A DNA stretch of 64,000 nt from a virus: IMG/VR virus record IMGVR_UViG_3300045941_000223, positions 1 to 64,000 of that record; one strand, written 5' to 3'. Under the pieces are notes generated by a model. The model ran no database searches, was not told the origin of the DNA, and worked only from the letters and a program-made list of their open reading frames with translations. The translations under genes and the position numbers were made by a program. Of the stretch, positions 9,444 through 17,262 are shown piece by piece; the first letter of the stretch is position 1; each line of letters starts with the position of its first letter.

Positions 9444-11232
9444 GACCGGTGAGCTGTTCTACGTCGATGACGCAGGCGAGCGGCAGGACGCTTCGCTGCA
9501 TCAGGAAATCCTCGACGAAGGCGATCATCTCCGCGCGCTCGCGGTCTCGCGCAAGGTCATGCGGCGGCTCGGGCTCGATCCCGACGTGCTGCTCAAGCAG
9601 AAGGCATTCGATCCGTCGCAGCCGCGCGACGAGCACGGGCGATGGACCGATACCGGCGGGTCGGACGACAGCCTCGCCGAAGATACGATCGGCGGCTACG
9701 ACCGCATCCCCGGGCTTCCGCCCGGCACCAAGATCCGCGATCCGAGTGACAGCATCGCCACCGCGCTCAATCGCGACGCGTTCGATATGACCGCCGAGAA
9801 GAAAGAGCGCGGACCGTTCGACGACGGCGACACCTACCATCTGACCATCACGTCGAAGCTCGCTCCCGGCATCGAGCCATTCGAATCTCGGCCGGGCCAG
9901 ACCCGCTACTATGATCCCCGGCTGGCGCGTCTGGAAACCATCGACGCCGGGACAATCATAGAGAGGACTTATGCGAGACCGAAAGACACAGACGCGACGG
10001 AAATCCAGCCGCTCGAAGGCGAGAAAATCATCTATCGCGGCATCTCGGCGGAAGAGTACCAAGCGATCCTCGAAACCGGCAAAGTCTCGTCGAAGGGCGA
10101 ATACAACATCGGTGAGGACCAGCGAGGACTGACCTACTGGACGACAAAGCCCAACACGGCGGCGTCCTACGCCAGCGGCTTCGCTCCATGGCAATTCGCG
10201 CCAACCTTCACCAAGCCCGCCTACGTGATCGCCGCCCGCATGCCGGAAGAAACCCGCGAGGTTCCCGGCACCGGCGAGAACGAGGTCGGCGTCGCCCGCC
10301 CGATCGAGCGGAGCGAGCTGCTGGCGGTGTGGCGGGGCGATGTCTACTCGCACACGCCGGGCGAGATCGATCTGAAGCAGATCGGCTCTTCCGATACCTA
10401 CCGGATGGGCTCGGCCTCACATCCGAACAGCCCCGTGGTCTGGAGCCGGGAAGATCAGGGTCTCGCCGAGGACACGGTTGGCTATGCCAACCCTGCCGAA
10501 GAGACCACCGAGAAGGCCACGGTCGGCGGCCGGACCTACCCGGTGCGCGACAACAAGAACCACGTGATTGATACCTCCCGCATGCGCGGGGCGGCGATCG
10601 TCTATGACGACAACACGGTGTCGATCCTGCACGTCACCGACACCCCGGAGCGGGTCGAGCAAGGGCTGAACGATGCGCCCGAGGATCTGACCACCGCCTT
10701 CGGCAACGTCGGCGACGATCTCGGCGCTGGCTTCTACGGTTCCGCAGTGCCGCAAATCTGGATGTCACGATCGGCGGGCAAGTGGGACTTCCTGTCGAGC
10801 ATGACCAGCGCGCAGAAGCAGGACTACGTGACCTACCTGCGCGGCAAGATCGAACAGCAGCGCTCGGTGAAGTACATCACCGCCAACGAGTACGAGCGCG
10901 CGGTCCGCGATCTCGGATACTTCGAGAGCGGGCAGACCGACTACATCACATGGTCCGCCGAGCAGCCCTACAACATCGAGTCGTGGAAGCCCGAGACGCT
11001 GGCCACGCTCGGCATCACCCCCGGCAAGCAGCCCGAGGTCATGGACATTCGCCTGCGGGGGAGGTTCGTCGATCTCACGGCCGGGGGCTTCCGGCAGTCC
11101 GACGTGGAAGAGCTGCAGAAGCGCGGGTACGACGGTGCCTACGTGCAGGGCTCATTCTCGTACACCCCGCAATTCGTGATCTGGAACAAGGCGGCGATCA
11201 CCGAGATCAAGCGCTCCAAGCATGCCCGTTGA
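9421..11232 (+). CDS. PRD-GRWT-tagged effector 3: two ADP-ribosyltransferase-like domains
   Basis: FDPSQPRDEHGRWTD at 9607; IYRGIS...YWTT...A..YA...ENEVGV; second domain HVT...LGAGFY...GYDG...QFVIWN (ART-PolyVal-like). Start uncertain (9403-9421). Confidence 0.65.
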   Translation: MTIASTHKTGELFYVDDAGERQDASLHQEILDEGDHLRALAVSRKVMRRLGLDPDVLLKQKAFDPSQPRDEHGRWTDTGGSDDSLAEDTIGGYDRIPGLPPGTKIRDPSDSIATALNRDAFDMTAEKKERGPFDDGDTYHLTITSKLAPGIEPFESRPGQTRYYDPRLARLETIDAGTIIERTYARPKDTDATEIQPLEGEKIIYRGISAEEYQAILETGKVSSKGEYNIGEDQRGLTYWTTKPNTAASYASGFAPWQFAPTFTKPAYVIAARMPEETREVPGTGENEVGVARPIERSELLAVWRGDVYSHTPGEIDLKQIGSSDTYRMGSASHPNSPVVWSREDQGLAEDTVGYANPAEETTEKATVGGRTYPVRDNKNHVIDTSRMRGAAIVYDDNTVSILHVTDTPERVEQGLNDAPEDLTTAFGNVGDDLGAGFYGSAVPQIWMSRSAGKWDFLSSMTSAQKQDYVTYLRGKIEQQRSVKYITANEYERAVRDLGYFESGQTDYITWSAEQPYNIESWKPETLATLGITPGKQPEVMDIRLRGRFVDLTAGGFRQSDVEELQKRGYDGAYVQGSFSYTPQFVIWNKAAITEIKRSKHAR

Positions 11233-13027
11233 TCCGCACCCGCAAGAGACCCGTACCGATTTCATGAACCGGTGCTGCTTCGAAACCGGTCGCGCCGAGC
11301 CCGGGTGGAGCAACGACGCCGTGGCGGCGGCCTGCTTCAGCGCATGGGGGCGCTCGCGCGCCAACAAGCAGGCGGCATGGCAAAACGCTCGGGGAAGGGC
11401 CATATCTACCCTGCGGTTCGACCCGAACCAGCCGAGAGACGAATATGGCCGATGGACCGACGCAGGCGGATCAGGACTTGCTGAAGGACTTGACGAAGGA
11501 AGACCGGGAGCTGGTGCTGTCCACGGTGAAAAATCACCCCGGCCTTTCGATCGAAGAAGCCCTACGGATGTTGAAAGCAGCCGGAATGTAGTCGCGGTCT
11601 GGACCCGCGGCAGTCACACATTCCATGAGCTGAACGCTGACGGTGCCGGGCGCTTCAGCGTCGCCATCCAATCGGCCAAACATTCCAATCCGTACGGGGC
11701 GTCGGTCCACGCCTACCCGACCAGAGCCTACGAGTACATGCGGACGTTCGTGTCGCCGAACGGCGACTACGGCTTCGCCCTCAAGGGCGACGATATCGTC
11801 TCGCTGTTCAAGAACCCGAACTCGGATCAGCCCGGTGTGGCTGGCGCGGCGATCGACCTCGCCGTACAGCAAGGCGGCCGACGCGCCGACGCATTCGATA
11901 CCGTCCTGCCGGACCTCTACGCCAAGCACGGCCTGCGGGTGGTCGCGCGCCTCGCGTGGGACGACAAGGAAGCACCGCCCGGCTGGGACAAGAAGACCTA
12001 CCAGAAGTTCAACAACGGCGAGCCGGACGTGGTGTTCATGGTCTACGACCCGGCCTCGACGACCTATACCGCTGGGCAGGGCGAGCGGGTGGACGAGTAC
12101 GACGACGGCAAGGCGACGCAGGACCGGGAGCTGGAGGCGATCGACGCCGCCAAGCCACCGGAACCGCCGCCGCCACCGAGACCGGAGCAGCCGCGGTTTG
12201 GATTCGGGGAGGCCGATCCCAAGCTGGAGATCAACCGGCAGATATCGGCCGATTACGTGCTGCGAGAAGGCAGGCGCACCGACACCGAGCACCTGCGCTG
12301 GATCGATCTGGCCACCGGCGAGCTGTCACCGGAGATCGAGGAAGGTACCGAAAAGGAAGTCGGCTTCGGGCCCGAGCTGGGAAAGGCGCTGGACGATCCG
12401 TCCCGCGCGATCGAGGTTGATCACAATCACCCGAACTCCAGCCCGCTCTCGGTGCAGGATCTGGCCATTCTCAGCACCAAGCCGGGATGTTACGGCGTGC
12501 GGGCGCTCGGCCACGACGGCAGCATCTATGCCGCCAGCCGACCAGCGAGGCATGACATTCGTGGCGCATTCAAGAAGGCGAGGGGGGCGCAGTACACCGA
12601 CGCCGACGAGTTTCTGGTCGATGAGATCACGTCGGAAAAGATGGAGCCGGATCGGGGTACGAAGATTTTCTTCCATGCCGTCAGCGATGCGCTCGGACGC
12701 AACGGCTGGTTCGATTACGGCTTCCGCCTCGCGCCCGATCTCCAGCGCGATATCGATCGGCTGAGCAAGGAGTACAACGCACTGGTCGCCGACATGCAGA
12801 AACGCGCCGGGCCGCCGCCGACGTTCGCAGGCAGATCGATCGATATCGATTGGGAGAAGTACCCGGTGCCGAATGCCTTCATCGATCCGCCCGGCGAGTA
12901 CGAGCCGCTGGACGAGTGGATCAGCTATCGGAAGGAACTCGACGAGCTGAGCCATCTCCCCGGCATCGAGCCGTTCAAGCAGGAAGCCGACGAAATCATC
13001 GAGCGCAAGCGGAGGCAGCAGAAATGA
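11222..13027 (+). CDS. PRD-GRWT-tagged effector 4: capsid-like N-domain + GNAT-like + JAB/MPN
   Basis: FDPNQPRDEYGRWTD at 11417; DIVSLF...GGRRADAFDTVLPDLYAKHGL; HNHPNSSPLSVQD JAB motif at about 12422. Confidence 0.7.
   Translation: MPVDPHPQETRTDFMNRCCFETGRAEPGWSNDAVAAACFSAWGRSRANKQAAWQNARGRAISTLRFDPNQPRDEYGRWTDAGGSGLAEGLDEGRPGAGAVHGEKSPRPFDRRSPTDVESSRNVVAVWTRGSHTFHELNADGAGRFSVAIQSAKHSNPYGASVHAYPTRAYEYMRTFVSPNGDYGFALKGDDIVSLFKNPNSDQPGVAGAAIDLAVQQGGRRADAFDTVLPDLYAKHGLRVVARLAWDDKEAPPGWDKKTYQKFNNGEPDVVFMVYDPASTTYTAGQGERVDEYDDGKATQDRELEAIDAAKPPEPPPPPRPEQPRFGFGEADPKLEINRQISADYVLREGRRTDTEHLRWIDLATGELSPEIEEGTEKEVGFGPELGKALDDPSRAIEVDHNHPNSSPLSVQDLAILSTKPGCYGVRALGHDGSIYAASRPARHDIRGAFKKARGAQYTDADEFLVDEITSEKMEPDRGTKIFFHAVSDALGRNGWFDYGFRLAPDLQRDIDRLSKEYNALVADMQKRAGPPPTFAGRSIDIDWEKYPVPNAFIDPPGEYEPLDEWISYRKELDELSHLPGIEPFKQEADEIIERKRRQQK
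11445..11591 (+). CDS. Overprinted 48-aa ORF nested in effector 4 (+1 frame)
   Basis: MADGPTQADQDLLKDLTKEDRELVLSTVKNHPGLSIEEALRMLKAAGM*; GAGAG upstream; helical pattern. Confidence 0.55.
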   Translation: MADGPTQADQDLLKDLTKEDRELVLSTVKNHPGLSIEEALRMLKAAGM

Positions 13028-14136
13028 CCGCCACCGTCGATGGACGCCCGGCCACGCTGGCCTACTTCAAGGGCGAGTTCGATCCGGCGAGCGAGGCCGA
13101 CGCCACCTTGGTGCAAATCACCTTCATGGACGCCCGCGGCGGATCGCACTTCTACGTGCCCGATCCCGCCAAGCGCGAAGCCGAGAAGCGATCGATCCAA
13201 TGGAAGCGGGCCAAGGCCAGAGCGCAGGTGTTGCTGCGCGAGTTCGACGAGAGCAAGCATCCGCGCGACGAGCGCGGACGCTGGACGGACGGCGGGGGCG
13301 GCGACGACAGTCTCGCCGAGGACACCGAGAGCGGGTACGGGAAGAACCCGACCGCCACCGAGATTTACGAGAGCTACAAAACGCCGACGATGGAAGAAGT
13401 GCGGGCGCGGCTGAGCCCGCGTGATATCGAAGAGATCGATCAGGCCAAGCGCGATATGGAAGGTCGCATTCCGACCATGGCGCAATTCAAGCAACCGGAC
13501 GGCAAGTACACTCCGGAACGCGTGGCAGTGCACGCCGACATTATCAAGAACAAGATGAAGCTGTTCAGCCCGGAGAACATTGCCAAGTACACGCCACCAG
13601 CAGGCGAGAAGCCATTGGTGACGCTGGTCGGTGGGCGACCAGCCAGCGGCAAAACCACGTCGCTACCGGCTGAAATTATGGAATCGAGCCTATATATATC
13701 CGCAGACGACGTGCAGGAACATTTGCCCGGATACGAGCCCCGGCTGGCTGGCCTGTTCAACGGCGAGGCGCAAGAGATTGGCGATCGTATCGAAGAGATG
13801 GCCCGCGAGCTGAAGATCAACGTCATCTTCGATTCGACTATGAAGACGCAAAAAACCGCCGCCGGGCGGCTTGCGGCCTACCAGCAGGCGGGTTACGAGG
13901 CGGACGGGTACTTCGTCAGCACGTCGCCGATCGAATCGGCCGTGCGGACGGTCGGCCGGTTCCGGCACAAGAAGGGCGACTACAGCGGGCGGTTCGTGCC
14001 GCCGGAAGTGACGATCGCCAGCACGACCAACGAGAAGACATTCGACTCGCTGAAGTCGGAGTTCCGGAGCTGGAAATTGTTTGATAACAACGGGGACAAG
14101 CTCAAGCTGGTCGCCGAAGGTGGAAAAGGGAAGTAG
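13024..14136 (+). CDS. PRD-GRWT-tagged effector 5: zeta-toxin-like P-loop kinase
   Basis: FDESKHPRDERGRWTD at 13243; GGRPASGKTT, ISADD, NVIFDSTM, GRFVP motifs. Confidence 0.8.
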   Translation: MTATVDGRPATLAYFKGEFDPASEADATLVQITFMDARGGSHFYVPDPAKREAEKRSIQWKRAKARAQVLLREFDESKHPRDERGRWTDGGGGDDSLAEDTESGYGKNPTATEIYESYKTPTMEEVRARLSPRDIEEIDQAKRDMEGRIPTMAQFKQPDGKYTPERVAVHADIIKNKMKLFSPENIAKYTPPAGEKPLVTLVGGRPASGKTTSLPAEIMESSLYISADDVQEHLPGYEPRLAGLFNGEAQEIGDRIEEMARELKINVIFDSTMKTQKTAAGRLAAYQQAGYEADGYFVSTSPIESAVRTVGRFRHKKGDYSGRFVPPEVTIASTTNEKTFDSLKSEFRSWKLFDNNGDKLKLVAEGGKGK

Positions 14137-14139
14137 GCC

Positions 14140-14319
14140 ATGAAGCCATTGCCAAAGCGCACCGACCGCGGGCCGCTCATCGTCGAGACGCCAGCCGGTC
14201 CGCTCTACGCGGACGACACCTATGGCGAGGGATTTAACCCTCCGAAGCCGGATGATCCGTTGATGCAGGCGATCAGGCAGGGGATCGCCGAGGACAAGGC
14301 CAAGGCCGGGAAGTCCTAG
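14140..14319 (+). CDS. Small protein downstream of the zeta-like gene (candidate antitoxin)
   Basis: 59-aa ORF MKPLPKRTDRGPL...AGKS*, 3 nt after the zeta-like stop; below the ORF-track cutoff. Confidence 0.5.
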   Translation: MKPLPKRTDRGPLIVETPAGPLYADDTYGEGFNPPKPDDPLMQAIRQGIAEDKAKAGKS

Positions 14320-14519
14320 GCCGCGTTGGCCGTGGTTTCGGTCTCTTTGCTCTCCCAGCAGGCCAGATGACCGTTCCATCGGATCGTATGGTTACCGAAC
14401 ATCACGCGGACCTCGCGCAAGGTCAGGTTGGCGGGAACCAACCCCATCAGCGTGCCGTTCGCTCCGACGACTTTAACGAGCCGGGCCGTCACCGGTCCGT
14501 CTCTGATCAGGCGGGTCAT
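14316..14519 (-). CDS. Hypothetical protein
   Basis: Strong GGAGG RBS, directly downstream of a repeat promoter. Confidence 0.6.
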   Translation of the reverse strand: MTRLIRDGPVTARLVKVVGANGTLMGLVPANLTLREVRVMFGNHTIRWNGHLACWESKETETTANAA

Positions 14520-14543
14520 TAGTCTTACCTCCCTTCCAATACT

Positions 14544-14573
14544 AATATAGGGCGTAATGGCCTACATTTCAAG
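14544..14573 (-). promoter_or_regulatory. Sigma70-type promoter with TAGG-N9-CCTA operator
   Basis: CTTGAAA-N17-TATATT on the - strand; dyad 14548-14564. Confidence 0.8.
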
Positions 14574-14831
14574 ATGCCGCTCGTAATCCATCCTCGCCAC
14601 GTCTTCCGGCGAATGCTTCTTGCGCACCATCAGCCGCAGCAGCATGGCGGTGGCGCGCGGGATCGGGGCCTCGCCCAGCGCCCAGCGCCGCGACGTGCGC
14701 GGGCCGACGCCGATGAACCTGCCCGCCTGAACTTGATTCAGGTCGAGCGCGTCGATCGCTTCTCGGTACTGTTCTTTGGTCATGACGCGCTTCGCGGTCT
14801 TCTTCTTGGTAGCGGTCTTGCGCTTGGCCAT
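14562..14831 (-). CDS. Xre/Cro-like HTH regulator
   Basis: LDLNQVQAGRFIGVGPRTSRRWALGEAPIP helix-turn-helix; flanked by operator copies. Confidence 0.85.
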   Translation of the reverse strand: MAKRKTATKKKTAKRVMTKEQYREAIDALDLNQVQAGRFIGVGPRTSRRWALGEAPIPRATAMLLRLMVRKKHSPEDVARMDYERHLEM

Positions 14832-14854
14832 GGGAACCTCCGCATCTGCGGCAA

Positions 14855-14884
14855 CTCCTAGGACGTAATGGCCTAGCTCGCAAG
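14855..14884 (-). promoter_or_regulatory. Promoter/operator copy upstream of the HTH gene
   Basis: CTTGCGA-N17-TAGGAG (weak -10); dyad 14859-14875. Confidence 0.7.
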
Positions 14885-15478
14885 AGCCTGCTCAGGGTTG
14901 TGAACACATCGCCGGACGAGTTCCTGATGCAAGAGATCGGACATATCCCAGCTCCCGCCGTTGATCCGGCGATCGGTCGCTCGGTCGATGTAGGGGCCGA
15001 ACCCGCTGGAATGCAGCAGCTTGAACTCGGCAGGGTTAACGCCGTGCCTGCGGCAGGCGGCCTCGAACGCCCGGCGGCCGAACTCTTCGGAGTACTTCCG
15101 GTCGGTAAATACATAGTCGGAGCCGAACCGGACCTTCTCGGCCCTGAACGAAGGCTGCAGCTCCGATCGGGACTCGACCATGCCCATGGAACTCGCGGTG
15201 CCCTTGGTCTCGGCGAACGTCGCCGAACCGTCCGGCATCAGCCATGCGTACTTCGAGTACTTCAGGTCGATCATGCCGTCGAAGCCGCCACCGGCGTAAG
15301 CGTTGGTGACCGCCTCGACCATCTTGGTGGTCGGGCCGTCCGTCCAGCCGACTCGGATCGAGGCTCCACCGGAGTAGGTGTGCGATCGGACCGAGAATTT
15401 GACGCCCGGGAATGCCTTCTTCAGGGCGACCCGGATCAGCTTGGCAGTCTCGGCGCAGCTCAGGTAGCGGGTAGTCAT
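14873..15478 (-). CDS. LPD29-like domain protein
   Basis: YLSCAETAKLIRVALKKAFPGVKFSVRS..YSGGASIRVGWTDGPT. Confidence 0.75.
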   Translation of the reverse strand: MTTRYLSCAETAKLIRVALKKAFPGVKFSVRSHTYSGGASIRVGWTDGPTTKMVEAVTNAYAGGGFDGMIDLKYSKYAWLMPDGSATFAETKGTASSMGMVESRSELQPSFRAEKVRFGSDYVFTDRKYSEEFGRRAFEAACRRHGVNPAEFKLLHSSGFGPYIDRATDRRINGGSWDMSDLLHQELVRRCVHNPEQALAS

Positions 15479-15660
15479 TTCGTTCCTTTCGTCATGGTGA
15501 AGGGATAGGCCAGCGCGGTCAGGTAACCGTCGCGGGCAGCGAGGATGGCAGCACCAGCATCGGTTATGTCGAGAGCGCAGGCATCGCACCGCTCGATCGC
15601 TTCGCGGCCATCGGCTCGCTCGACAATCAGGTAGCGCTTGTCGTGGCAGGTATCGCACAT
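15475..15660 (-). CDS. Small Zn-finger-like protein
   Basis: CDTC...IERCDAC. Confidence 0.55.
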   Translation of the reverse strand: MCDTCHDKRYLIVERADGREAIERCDACALDITDAGAAILAARDGYLTALAYPFTMTKGTK

Positions 15661-15674
15661 CAGATGATCTCCCT

Positions 15675-15893
15675 TCACTCTTCGTTCGCGCCCCAATCGC
15701 AGCCGTGCTCTTTCGCCTTCTTGGCGGCGAAGCGATCGGCGGCGCGGCGGGCTTCGGCGTAGTCGCGGTAGGCGTCGCCCTCGACGCCCCACTCGAACTC
15801 GCCCTGATCGAAGATGTCGTTGCCTTCGTCGTCGAGCCCGTAGACGTGGATCTGGCGCTGCAGGCGGTTCACATCGACGTAGACATAGGTCAT
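15675..15893 (-). CDS. Hypothetical protein
   Basis: MTYVYVDV..., GAGAGG RBS. Confidence 0.55.
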   Translation of the reverse strand: MTYVYVDVNRLQRQIHVYGLDDEGNDIFDQGEFEWGVEGDAYRDYAEARRAADRFAAKKAKEHGCDWGANEE

Positions 15894-15907
15894 GTCAGTC
15901 CTCTCGC

Positions 15908-16069
15908 TTAAAACCGGATCTCGAAGTCGATCTCGCCGTTGCGTTCCGGCGTCTTCTCCGGAGGCGGCACCGGGATCGGGAGGTAGAGCGGCAGTCGCCG
16001 TTCCTCGAACTCGCGGTCTTCGCGCTCGCGGCGGCGGCGCAGCTCTTCGATCATCCAACCGGGCAACAT
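15908..16069 (-). CDS. Hypothetical protein
   Basis: MLPGWMIEELRRRRERE...; coupled to the upstream ORF. Confidence 0.55.
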   Translation of the reverse strand: MLPGWMIEELRRRREREDREFEERRLPLYLPIPVPPPEKTPERNGEIDFEIRF

Positions 16070-16200
16070 CAGTAGACCTCCGTTCCGGGCACCAGCCACT
16101 TGCTGCCGCCCCAATAGTCCACGACGAACAGACCAAACTCGGTGTATTCGAGGTAGATCCAGAGCTTCTTCTTCAGCTCTGCCTTCCAGATAGTCTTCAT
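16069..16200 (-). CDS. Small hypothetical protein
   Basis: MKTIWKAELKKK...; start uncertain. Confidence 0.45.
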   Translation of the reverse strand: MKTIWKAELKKKLWIYLEYTEFGLFVVDYWGGSKWLVPGTEVY

Positions 16201-16330
16201 GGTTCTTTCCAGATGTGCGGGGCTCGGGAGGTTCGTGCCTCCCGTCCCCATCTTGGACGCGGCGGTTCGCCCCGCGCCTGCGGGAAGGATGGTTCCGACT
16301 TCGGTCTTGGCCATTTCTCCCTCCACCATA

Positions 16331-16368
16331 CATATAGGGCGTAATGGCCTATAGGGCAAGGGGGCCTA
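16331..16368 (-). promoter_or_regulatory. Promoter with two abutting TAGG-N9-CCTA boxes
   Basis: Boxes at 16335-16351 and 16352-16368; CTTGCCC-N17-TATATG. Confidence 0.8.
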
Positions 16369-16647
16369 CGGACTATCTTGGACGTGCATGGCAATATGTT
16401 CCAATTCCGCAATTATCTTGTGAATAACGGTCAGCCGGGCACGATGCTCGGCAAGCGCTTCGTTGATGGCCGTTGGTCCGGACGGGTAGTAGTCGCGCCC
16501 GTTGGGCGCGCTGGCGGCTATCGCCTTCTCGGCCTCGCGAAGGGCGTGGATCGCGGCGATGTAGCCGTTGAAGAGATCGTCCCGGTGCGTGCCGTTCAGG
16601 TGGACGACCGGCAGGGTTAAGGCGTGCAGCGAGTTTCTAATCAGCAT
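16366..16647 (-). CDS. Hypothetical phage protein
   Basis: PVVHLNGT...PNGRDYYP. Confidence 0.65.
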   Translation of the reverse strand: MLIRNSLHALTLPVVHLNGTHRDDLFNGYIAAIHALREAEKAIAASAPNGRDYYPSGPTAINEALAEHRARLTVIHKIIAELEHIAMHVQDSP

Positions 16648-16828
16648 CGATCGGCTCGTCGCTCCAGTAATTGGGGTCGGTCAGCACGTCCGGCCGGTAA
16701 CCGGCCATCTTGCGCTTGTGGCAGACCACGCAGGTCCGGCAGAGCGGAATCCCGCGGGCGTCGTATGCCCATGTGGACGGTCGGCCAGAGCCGCAGGGGC
16801 AGGGGCTGGCTCGGTAGCGGTCGGTCAT
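16637..16828 (-). CDS. Small Zn-binding protein
   Basis: CPCGSG...DARGIPLCRTCVVC. Confidence 0.65.
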   Translation of the reverse strand: MTDRYRASPCPCGSGRPSTWAYDARGIPLCRTCVVCHKRKMAGYRPDVLTDPNYWSDEPIDAD

Positions 16829-17061
16829 GCTTTCCACCTTCTCTTTGTCAGCTCTTGCGCCTGATCGAGCAGGCCGCGTTCCTTCAGCAGGAAGTAGGGC
16901 AACTTCTCGATTTCGTGGAGCGGCAGCGCGGCGAGCGGCTTGCCTGCATCGAAGTAGCAGCGCGGATGCGCGTAGTGCCGGGTGCCGTACTTGACCAGCT
17001 CGTCGGACGGCACCATCGGCCCCTTGCAGAACCGGCAGCTATTCCAGCGCTCGCGCCACAT
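16825..17061 (-). CDS. Small Zn-finger-like protein
   Basis: CRFC...KYGTRHYAHPRC. Confidence 0.6.
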   Translation of the reverse strand: MWRERWNSCRFCKGPMVPSDELVKYGTRHYAHPRCYFDAGKPLAALPLHEIEKLPYFLLKERGLLDQAQELTKRRWKA

Positions 17062-17064
17062 CGC

Positions 17065-17250
17065 TCAGTACTCCGACGTTCCGTCCGCGTATTCCTTGCG
17101 GACCAGCACGTGCAACGCCTCGATCTCGTCGTCGCTGTACTTGTTGGTCATCCACGCCAGAGCTTCAGCGAGATGCTTGATGCCCTCGCGCACCACCCGC
17201 TCGCCTTCGTATCCGGCGTTCTCGACCACGGTGTAGGTCTTTGGTTTCAT
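17065..17250 (-). CDS. Hypothetical protein
   Basis: GGAGG RBS; part of a coupled run. Confidence 0.6.
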   Translation of the reverse strand: MKPKTYTVVENAGYEGERVVREGIKHLAEALAWMTNKYSDDEIEALHVLVRKEYADGTSEY

Positions 17251-17262
17251 CCATCCCTCCGT

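Noticed and set aside
6010-14136. MuF/SPP1-gp7 domain as the carrier
   Set aside because: No IARTE or HPNCRC-type MuF motifs were found in any of the five genes.
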